A DNA stretch of 59,852 nt, the filler included, from Sphacelaria rigidula (Eukaryota), in NCBI GenBank assembly GCA_964200075.2. It is 3 parts of 3 records of this genome, joined end to end, with 100 filler letters (N's around TTAATTAATTAA, not from the genome) between each part and the next. Parts side by side here need not be neighbours in the genome. Positions count along the whole stretch, not along the records: positions 39,975 to 59,852 come from CAXNAA020000597.1; 2 more parts are not named here. One strand, written 5' to 3'. This document shows positions 39,875 through 50,400 of the stretch, in pieces; the first letter of the stretch is position 1, and each line of letters starts with the position of its first letter. The notes beneath the pieces are model-generated. The model had not been told where the DNA came from, did no database searches, and worked only from the letters and a program-made list of their open reading frames with translations. A program made the translations under genes and the position numbers.

Positions 39875-39974
39875 NNNNNNNNNNNNNNNNNNNNNNNNNN
39901 NNNNNNNNNNNNNNNNNNTTAATTAATTAANNNNNNNNNNNNNNNNNNNNNNNNNNNNNNNNNNNNNNNNNNNN
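39875..39974. other. Artificial 100-nt contig linker
   Basis: Same N-TTAATTAATTAA-N spacer as at 19895. Confidence 0.95.
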
Positions 39975-40042
39975 AAAGGGATGCGTGGTCAATGGCCAAA
40001 TGACTAAGGCAAGCAACAAATGAGTACCCCTCCCCCCCCCCC
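39975..40042 (-). mobile_element. Short poly-G/C-associated insertion, copy 3 (cut by contig start)
   Basis: aaagggatgcgtggtcaatggccaaatgactaaggcaagcaacaaatgagtac followed by a C run. One mismatch to copy 4 over ~53 nt. Confidence 0.85.
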
Positions 40043-42859
40043 ACCTGGTGGGCGGCTCTAGATGGAGGCGTCACCGGAAGCAACAAAAGCGAAAATATGG
40101 CATTTGCCTTCATCCTATTCACTGAATCAGGTCCATCATGATTGTGCAGGAGACGTGCAACGAAGCTACAAGACAAAACAAATCGACTGACAAACGAGCT
40201 TGACAAGCGCATACACTAAACAGCAAAAATAGTGTAGTAACTTCCTTAGAAACCTTTGAGTGTCAGGCCGACAGAGCAAATTGATATGCAGATTGAAAAT
40301 TATTGCTTGTTTTTTTTCGGTACAGTAATTAATCGGGTGGGCCTAAATGGGTTTCATATTTTCTGCACCACTACGAGAACTACTGAAGTGTTTTGACTGT
40401 TCGACGCACCACTCACAGCAGATGTAACCATTTCTACGCCACCATCATGTTTATTCCAATTGTGTATATCACTATCGGAGATATCGATGACCTGCATGTT
40501 TTACGTTACAGCTGATGGAGGCAACCTGGATATATATATATATATTTATATATATATGGATACCGGTTACGGATACGGAACGATGTATCGTACCGTTCTG
40601 ACATGTAGTCATTTTCAGTATCTTGAGCCTACATTTCAGTTCATTTGTTGTCCGATAACCCAACACTAGGTTTGGCACAAGTCTCGCCTTCATGCCTTGG
40701 ATGCGTTATTTCCGACATATTGGGCACCTCTGCGTTTTGAACCGGTTTTTGAACATTGGCGGACTCAACTTGACAACGTGAGGGGCATATTGAACTCATT
40801 CCCAGTACCTGACGCTGCTACACCATTTCGTTGTTGGCACACGCGGTATGGACGATGTCTACCATCAGGATTCCTGGAGGCGTCGGCGCGGTGTTGCCAT
40901 GGTTCCCGGTGAAGGCGTTTAGACCGTGTCCGTCCTTCACTGCGGCCAAGTACAGATACGATCGCTCGGGACAGAGTTTAAATGAGGTGGGTACTATTTA
41001 TAGGTACAGATGAGTTTGTGGCTAGTGGTTATTTTTTTAGAATACGTTGGGTCATGCAGCATCATTTTGATTGACACCTAGTTAGAATTGGGCTGCAACT
41101 GGTTGAATTGCACAAAATCTTCACTCATATTGTAATACACCTCGCTGTGGAGGCACGGGCCGTAATGTTTCACTCGCGAGTAACTTATGCAACAGTAAAT
41201 GTAGCTTTTCCCCTCGGCAATACGAGGTAGTCTGGTCGCAGTCGGGGGAATATCTTGTGTATTTTGTCGTACCAAACATTATGGCGAGTTTCGTAAGTTC
41301 TGAAGATGCCTCCATTCGGACATGAGTACTTACTTGTGTCCATGGGGGCCCTGAAGCCGTTGAACCTGAAATGAATGATGTACGTGGCACCAGAAAGCAA
41401 ACGAATATATCCGCGTGCGCATGTATTGCGGCCGACATCGATTGCGGCAGGTTATGTTCGCAGGCAAGAAGAAAAACCGGAAAGCCCAAGGAACTGCAGC
41501 TGCCGACACAACAGCTGACATGGACGATAGTGCAGACGATGACGTGTAGTTTTATTACGGGGCTATTAAATCTATGTCGCACCCTGGACCTGTAGCCAAA
41601 GGATACCAAGCCGTAAGGTTTCAGTATATTCGCATGCATGATTGGAGCAGTGGCAGGGGACAGGGGATCCTGGACTGATGGCCCTTTTCCGTGTGGCACC
41701 TTGCTGTCTGGCTCGTGATCTGTCGAGGATCACTCCGAGATAACAGGTTAGAAAAAAGGACTTGTCGAGCACAATGCCAGTGACACTGGGGGAGTCCCTC
41801 GGTGAACGTCGATTGTCCAGATTGTCTGGCAGAGGCTATAGACCCCACTACAGAAGATTTCCGTATTATTGTCGTGCTTTGTCGCTTGAGACCCCTTGCA
41901 TTTGCGCGACGGAAACACACAACACTGACTGAGCTCAAGAGTGTTTGAGACGTCGAACGCCCAGTCATGTTTCAGTATGGTCATGCGGAGACACGTCGAT
42001 AGTTGTCTTTTCTGTGGGTAGATGTTGATCTCCTTCCGATATGATTGATGTCCGTGGTGCGTACTACTTTCCCCAAGTGGCATGCTCTGTTCTACTGGGA
42101 TCAACACGAAAGGGCCGAGGGTTAGGTTGGGACAACACAGTGGAATACCTTGGTATATGTACTCCGAACCACCGTTACGTGTTAGAGAATTGAACGAAGT
42201 TGTTTTCGTTCTCGTTTCATTGTGTAGGCGTCCTGTATTTCCAGCACCGTTTGTCGAGCTTTGGAATCTGTCCGTCAAACCTGTGAACTGTTTGATTTAA
42301 GATTCGTCGGAGCATTCTTGTGGGTTAGCATGTTGCGAGGAACCGTTAGGTCAGCAACTACGATCGCTGGCTATAGTGGCACTTGTCTGCATTATAACGG
42401 TAGCATTGTAGGGACTTCCCAATCCCGAGGGGGACACCTCGCAAGACGCCGCAGCGATGCTGTACAGAACACGTAAACACCGAGTGGTGCCGGACATGGC
42501 GAGTTTCTCACAAGATCGCTTGCAATGCTGCTGCTGAGCCAAATCAACACTTTAACGTTTCTAGTTGGTTCATGTTTTTAATATTGCTGGTTGTTGTCTC
42601 GTCTCCCGATTTCGCGGAGGGTGTGCTGCCACCGACCGTACATTGCTCGAACTGTCGTGTACACCCAGCCCTACCGCAACCCCCTCCCTCAGCGTGATAA
42701 AATTTCAGCTCTCCTTTGGCACCAAAACAGCTTATAACGGCAAGCACTACATCAGTCGATCTCTCAATTGATGTAGGTGTTTCTTGCGGTTCTTTGCATA
42801 GTATTCTGTGTCCCTTCTGCTCCCATTAGACTGGTACTATAGTAGAACCTTAAGTACGA

Positions 42860-42959
42860 CCCTCCCGGAGGGGGTGCTCCGTCTCGAAAGGGATGCGTGG
42901 TCAATGGTCAAATGACTAAGGCAAGCAACAAATGAGTACGCCCCCCCCTCCCGGAGGGG
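42860..42959 (-). mobile_element. Short poly-G/C-associated insertion, copy 4, with 14-bp TSD
   Basis: ccctcccggagggg at 42860-42873 and 42946-42959 flanks ccgtctcgaaagggatgcgtggtcaatggtcaaatgactaaggcaagcaacaaatgagtacg(C)n. Confidence 0.85.
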
Positions 42960-44954
42960 TGGTGTTGAGCCCCTTTGGACGAGGAGTCCAATTTCACGAA
43001 GTGAATTTGGTTTCTGCTGCGGGTAAAATTTCGACTAACCGTTTTTTTGCGACTTTTTTTTTGCTAGATTCTTTCTCTGAAACCTCAATGATTTCGTTTT
43101 TCCGGGGAAAAAAACCAAACCTTCTCCACGGGGCACCTGGACACACAGCAGTTGCTGCTGATTATCTAGTATCATCCTCCAAATCGAAGTCTTGCGTGAG
43201 AACGCCCAGCGTGCAGCTGCTTGACGCGACCACTGCGTTTTGCCAGTTACCCTTTCCCACGTACCCGACAAGGGGGCAACATTCCTGTACAGACAGTAGC
43301 AATGCTAACGGATCTGACGTCCTGACAGTCTGGCAGCCGGCAAGGTGGTTATGACGGTGTTCTTCTGGCGATATCAACCTACAGTGCTCTGGAGCAGAGT
43401 TTGCAGGTGAATATTCTGGAGATTGCCACACCTGCAGTTCGCCCAGATGTTGCGTATTTTTTTCACGATAACACTGAGTAACACCACATACATTTTCATG
43501 TGGAAATGTATCAGACACTGCACTACAAATGGAGTGTTCTGCGCACAGTGTGCTGTGTGTTTTGTCGCCCCACTTTTTGGACGCCGGTCTCCATCTTTCG
43601 GTATATGTGGGCGCACCAGCCGCGGCTGTGTTACCATACAGCTTCGCCTCAGATACAGGCAGCCATTCTAGCGGCGGAGGCGGCCTTTCACTACTGCGTG
43701 CGCCACCTGGGGTAAACGCACGCTGTAACTGCAACATGGACGGCTTTACAAAATGTGACGTGGCGATATTGCGCGTAACGAGGGGTGATATCCTGCGTAC
43801 ATGTTGGCCGCAGGTACAAGCGGCTGCGTTCATGATGTGGCGAACTTCAAAGGACAACGCCAAATCAATGCAGGACAGGGATAGGCTAAGGATGTGACGT
43901 CCTGCAGTGTACTTTGTCGCCCTGCACCCTGCCGCTGTGCAGTGAGCAGGTAATACCGCCGAACGCGTCACGCTGCGGTTGCTACGCAGTGTCGAACACA
44001 GCAGGAATCAGTATATTTTATGTACGGTACTTGTACATGGATCTGTGCTCTGAAGATCGATGCGCACACAGACAGCAACTGCTATCGCTGTATATCGATC
44101 AGCGGGGTACCCCCCCCCCCCCTCCTCAAATAGGGTATCCAGGGGTCCCCCCCTCCCCCCCTACGGTCTCAGAATGAGGTTTGGGCGACCTGGGGGGTGG
44201 TGGTGCCGTCATTTCCCGATATGGGACCCCTCGGCCCAGCGTGCAGCTGCTTGACGCTTGACGCTGTCTCATGTCTGCGCGAGGAACAGCAGCTTGAAAC
44301 TTATGGTCTACAGCCTACCGGGAAGCACATCGTGTACGTGAACTTGAAAACAGGCATGGTAGCGGCTGGAACTTGTGCGGGACGACCTAGCGGGAATTTG
44401 TCGGGTAACGGCTCGCGTCTCAGCGCCGGCTTGCTGCGGGCCCTTGCGAATGTGGGGCGACGACGATATAATGAACACGATTCATGCCTCAATGCAACTT
44501 TACGCTTCCGTGCTTCGACACATCACCATACCCCGGGTGCGTGCGGCAGACCTTCATTCTAGAGCAGAAGGGCCCAGCCGATATCACTCCGGTTTCACCG
44601 CCGAAATCCGAGACCGCAACATCACAAACACCGGAATAAATCGAGATTGGAAGTGCCCTGGGCACAGGGCAATCTATAAATGAAACAATCACGATACGTG
44701 GAGGATCGAGCGTAACGTGATCTGGATCTACGGATGATCAGGAACCGACTGCGCCGCATGCCGGATGCACTGTACAGTTGACTTAATCGCACACCCTGGA
44801 CAAAAGAAAACACTATCGAAAACTATACTATGTACAGTTTTGAATATTGCGCCTATTGCAGCAGACAATAGATTCCATACTGTACGCGGTACATTTATTT
44901 ACAATAAAATCTATTGTCCAGGGTGTGCTTAATCGCATCGGATCAAGAATCTGA

Positions 44955-47334
44955 TTATTGGGCACAAGCGTTTGTTTCTCCTTGCGCATGGAGTTGTCCT
45001 GCCCGATCACCGTGGTTTCCAAATAGCTGCCTCGCCAGACACGCGACAGGCGGTGCTATTTCTGATGCTTTCGATGAAGCCTCCTTAACCAGCCACATGG
45101 TTCCCCAACGGTGCAGTTTCCGACGATGAATTGGCACGCTCAGATATCCTAATCTCTCCTATGAACCACAGGCTCCGGGGTACATGTGTGTGTTGGGTGG
45201 TCTCCAGCTACAAATTGGAAAGTAACTTCAGGCTGTATAGGGGATGAACGGATCCGCTGGGTATCCGCTGGGCATCACCCCCTCCCTGCCCCCTCAAATC
45301 ACCAAACTTCAAACTTCGAAGCGTTGGTGTTATAACTTCAATATATGGGCACCTTCGACTCTGCGCATATCCCTGGCGGCAGAGAAAGTCGTTGTTTTCT
45401 TCGCACCAAAAACCGTTCTCATATCTCCGCAGTTCTCCGTACTGGGCATCTGATGCGGACGCCTTCCGTAGTCATAATAAACTATCTACCCAAAAAGAGG
45501 TATAAGGAAATCAAAGAATAAAACCGGACGCACAAAAATTCTCTCAGACACGATACAAATAAAATAAACAAATAAAATAAATAATTCTAACCTCATAGTT
45601 TTCGTTACCACAGCCCAGGGTTTCCACTTAACACCCGAGGCCAAACATAAATGGCGCCAAACTCAAGAATCAGGATCATCGATAAAGTACGGATAGATAT
45701 TTCATACTTGGATTCAAGTATTGTGACGACATTCACGCTCTTGTAAGTTAGTGTGCATTTCGCGGAATCATCGAGCGCGCACACACAGTACACCATAATG
45801 CACTTGACCCGTGAAAGAGACATGCTCCCGTGAGGGTTGGGGCTCGTAAATTTGATGAATAATGAAAAGCCACACAAGGATATGACATTCCCTTTTTCGA
45901 ATTCATTCAGGAAATCCCTAGCCCATCCATTGAAATGCTCATCGTTGCGTGTTCTCACGTATTTCGTAAGTCGTTTCTTGGAAGAGATGAAGGGCTCCTG
46001 AAGCCGGTCGCCCCGGTGGCCCAGTTTGTAACCTCGAAACCTTCTGACGGTTGGGTCGGGGGTTCGAATCTTGGTGCAGTCACACGATCTGGAATTTTTC
46101 CTCACACGATGCCCAACAGTGGATAACGACTAGGTCGTGGGTACACAAAATTCGACTTATTCATAGTCGACGAGGAAAAGGGACCGCTGAACCCCTCTTC
46201 TAGCGATAAAAAATAGGGCGAGTACAACAGGAGGAAGGTGGAGTACTGAAAACGAAGAGAAAGAACTCCTGTGTTGTGTTGGCCTTCTTCCTGTGTGACC
46301 CCGACTGATGCGTCCACATACATCGAACGGTGTAGACTGGTTCAGAATTCAGAATAGTTGGAATGACAACATACAAAACACACATCATGGCAACCCGAAC
46401 CTCAGCAAATATTTGTGCACCCTTACCGTAGCACCGCTCAGAACACACAATCTTTGATGTGCCTGGTAGTTATCGAAAAAACTATACAAGGATACATGCG
46501 GAGCGTTTTTGGTCACGACATTTCGATGCTCTCCGTATTTCCGTGGCCGCCCGAAAATGTTTTTTTAAGACCGTCTTGTATGGCAACCAATCCGTGTTTG
46601 TACAAACATGAGGACATCAGTCCGCCTACATCTGATTTTCTCCCGTGGATTGATTTTTCGGACCCCAGTCCGCTGGGCAATGTTTTCCCCTTAGCTCTGA
46701 GGAAACCAGATCAAATGTCCGATTCTCTGGACGCTGACTTTTGATTTATCACCTTTCTGCATCGGATGTAGACGGAATGAAATCCCCATATTTGTACAAA
46801 TACGGATTAATTGTTTGCCATACAAGACGCTCTTACATGCCGAATTGCGGAGGAATAGCTGACTCTTCAATTTCTAGTCAAGTTAAGTTCAAGCCCACCA
46901 CGTTCACATATTCTGAAGATATTTACCGCTTTAGCCCCAACGCCAGTGATAGGACGAAACCAGACGTCTAATTAGGCAGCGGGTGTTGGATGTACCTGTC
47001 GCCAACCGTATTTCGTGACCTCACCCACGGCGATCGAGTGACGGGATAACGGAGAAAACGTGGCGGTGGCATGTTCCGCCGCTTCAAGGTTTTCCCGTTC
47101 TAGCATCGTCGATGTCGTCGACGGTTTGCCGCTGCTATGACGGAGTGGAGTGTCCAGCGGCATCTTCTGGAGTAGAAGACTTTTTTGCTCATATACAACC
47201 GGTACGATTTCCCATGCACGCCCTAGAATGCTGCGAGAGCTCCGCTTGGCGGTCGTCATGCGCAGACTGGTGATTGTTAAGACCTCAAGTGCACAGGAAT
47301 TTGCCGACATTGTTGGCCCGGTGTGATACCGCAT
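44955..47334 (-). CDS. Small two-exon hypothetical protein (~155-180 aa)
   Basis: Exon 47334 (or ATG at 47310/47259)-46996 with cag|gtacat donor, joined in phase 0 to exon 45158-44955 (catag acceptor, TAA). The junction reads EVTKYGWRQ|ERLGYLSVPIHRRKLHRWG. No family recognised. Confidence 0.55.
46003..46323 (+). mobile_element. tRNA-derived SINE, family B
   Basis: A-box-like tggcccagtttg, B box ggttcgaatct (46061-46071), ~320 bp, ending in a (ACAT)n-like tail. Confidence 0.75.
46568..46833. mobile_element. MITE with long imperfect TIRs and TA flanks (Tc1/mariner- or PIF-like)
   Basis: agaccgtcttgtatggcaa..atccgtgtttgtacaaa at the left end pairs with tttgtacaaatacggat..ttgccatacaagacgctct at the right end. 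TA on both sides. Confidence 0.8.
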
Positions 47335-47453
47335 GCCTGCTCTTGGGAAGAAGAGCGTGCAGTACTCGTCATCTGAACGAAACTCCGAACAGTTGTGAAT
47401 TTACTCATGCTGGCGTTATGTTCTGGCCATACGTTCTTACTTGGTCTCAGAGC

Positions 47454-50400
47454 ATGCGCGAACTGTCTAACAGGCAAACGGGCTGTATCGTACACCAGGT
47501 TTTCACACTTCGCATGATACTGTAGTAGTCGCCCCATCCAGTCCATGACGCTCCTACTGTGTGTCTGCACCCTGTCTCCTTGGTTCCCTCCAGTACAACT
47601 ATATTTCCTCAGGGTACAGTCTGCTCTGTCGAAAGATCCCGTATAACCGTGTCTCAACAAACAGGACGATCTGTCGAGCGCCGTTGCTGAGGCCGTCAGT
47701 GACTACGTCCGTCTCCGCGGCTTAAACGGCCTGAGCCCCGACGTGAAAAAATGGGGTTTCCCTCCAAGTCCCTCTGCGTTTCTGAATTCCGGGCTTCCAC
47801 GGACCCATGGGAGTGGCTCCCTCCCACGTGGTCTGACTCCCGATCCCGTCGGCTCTACAGGATCCCTGCAACGACTGTGTGGCGTCTCATCAAGGGGCGG
47901 AGGCCCGATGAGGGAGGCCAACGATATACCTCGGCCAACGTGGGAAGAATATGGGTGCGAGGGGTCGTATTGTCAGGTTTTATCGTGCGATGATGAAAGG
48001 ACAGAGGGCAACGCGGCAGGGGTTTGTGTGGTCAATATCCGTCCTGAATCAGGTGCTACTAAGGAGGTCGGCGACGGTGTTGATCGTGATGGTGCAAGCC
48101 ATTTGAAAAGCGCGGGAAAGGATACAGAATATTTCAAAGACGGGCAAGGGGTAAGCGATGCGCGGGACAGCACCTTCGTCGGGTCTTGGAGTACACCGCA
48201 GCTAGCTCAGCACCAGACTCACACTCCTGAGGGGATATCGGCAGAATTGTCGCTAACCAACGGGAAGCAGGTTATTTTAGTGTGTTCTTGAGTGGTTTCC
48301 CGGAATATGTCGTCGACGGATATCTATGGACGTGGCGGGTTATCATCTTGGAGCGGGGGCTTGAACGCCGACAGGGGCAATCATTCAATTAAATGTTTCA
48401 TGAGTTTGAAATAGATGGCATGTATCACACATGCGCATTTCACCGTCAGCCAAGGCTGCTGCTACAGCGCAAGGAGTACGCGGTACATAGCTCACGTTGC
48501 GGGCACTGTGCGGGACTGTTGTCAACGCATCCTCTAGTAGCCATTGCCACCTACACATAAGGTTGGACTTGTGCAATTTGTTCCATCCGTGCCCTGCTGT
48601 CAAGGAAAACACAAGAATCCAGCTGGTGTCCGATGCATCTTCCTTTGCTTCAGCTTTATGACGGTCACACAAGATCTTGTCAATAATCTCACAATGTGTT
48701 CTTTCTCACCACCCGCACGTGCCTTGGAAATCTTTGTCCGTGCACATCATCCTCTTGCCCACTCCCTGGTTCTCGATTTCGAAATTTCTCGTTCTAACTT
48801 AACCAGCTGTTGCGCTCGCTGAGGGCACAAGGCAAAGTCGCCGACAGCCGTCGTTGTCACCGCTCCTCGCGAGCGTCTAGCCTTGCGGGCGACCCGAGGC
48901 GGACCACACAATGCAGAAGAAATCTTAGAAGACCATTTTCGCCCCCAGATGAGTGGGATAACACGGGCTTATTCACGGTTGCTCCACGGCCGAAGTCCGT
49001 ACCTAGCAAGACTCACGGACAACGAGCGCTAAGGCATACGCTCGCTGCACCAGTTTCTCCCGCTCTGTCAAACTCCGCGAGTGCTTCTAGTATTCTTCAC
49101 AGTCAAGGTGCTAATACCAGGGGAACATGTACCCGTAGCCCAGGCGAATCTACCACGTCTGAGGATGCGTTTTCTCCTTCAGGGAGAGGGGGGAGTGATT
49201 TTGAGGGAGGGATTCGTGCGTGGCCAAGACGTAGGCGTATATACGGTGGAGGGGGCGGGGATGCGGCGGTGGAGTTCTTGGACGTTAGGGAAGCGGCGCT
49301 TGTGAGCGTTGCGGAGGCACTGGCAAGGAGGGCACTGCCTTGGCAGGCGCAGTTGTGTCCGCGGGCGTTGCAGGACTTCGAAATCGCTAGGACCAAGGTA
49401 GGTGTGCCGCTTTGTGGGTTCTTGCCAAGTGACGGGTACCTATTCTCTGAAACGGCACTCTGCGGATACTTCACGAGAGAATAGAAGACATCGTAGCTGT
49501 GCCGGAAAACGATTTTACAGCAGCACCACTGGGCTTCAATCATCGCTCGCAAGAGCTAGTGGCCATACTAACCGGGCATACTAATATCGTCGCTGCACAC
49601 CTCATGTCTGGACGAGCTTAACGACATCCTCCTTATTACGGAAATAAAAACGTTGCCAACCGCGGCGATTCACGCGCAGATCTTCCACAAAATGCGGCGC
49701 AAGCAGAGAGAGGCGTATGAGGGTCACATCAAGGACAACCTGCGCGATCTCCTTTTATGGGAAGAGCAGTCCTGGATGACGTTCGTTAGGAGTGAGGATT
49801 CTGCCTTCAATGGCACTTTGAAGAAGGTAGCCGCGGACACGTGTCGCAGACGCGCATTGATCGATCGCCAGATGTCATAGGTTAATGGTCGCAATATGGA
49901 ATTCCATAAGTGCGTTCAGAATGAGAATAGTTGGAACATGCTGCACAACGGGTTGGCGTTCATACACCTACAGCAAATGAAGCCAACGATCATGGATCAA
50001 GATTGTAGCAGATTGAACACTTTTTTCTGTTTGTGGACGAGACGTTCGTGTACCCCGAGGCAAGAAAGTTCCCCATATTTATCACGTACAACTTGGGTGC
50101 AGGAACCCTCCCCGCCTCCCACCCTGCCTCCCGGAGCATTTTCTGCTCGGAGAGCGCGACGGGGGTACTAGCAGTCGTCTGACAACATTCTTCAGGGAGC
50201 CTGTGAACGATAGGAAGAGCAGAGGAGGAATTAACTAATGATCAGCTGTTTGGACGCGGAACTACAAGACACTCGCCTTGTGTTTCACCGCCTGTGCACC
50301 GTTCCCCCCGCCACCGGTTCTTTGAACTTCGCAGATCAAATCCGCTGCAAGGAGTTGGGAACATTCATATAATGCTGACCTTTCCAATCGAACGGCGAAA

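Noticed and set aside
43162-43971. 269-aa minus ORF and similar long ORF-track entries (e.g. 2352-2885, 41121-41699)
   Set aside because: No recognisable domain or splice support. 2352-2885 is partly the antisense of the exon at 2592-2702 and runs through a TA microsatellite.
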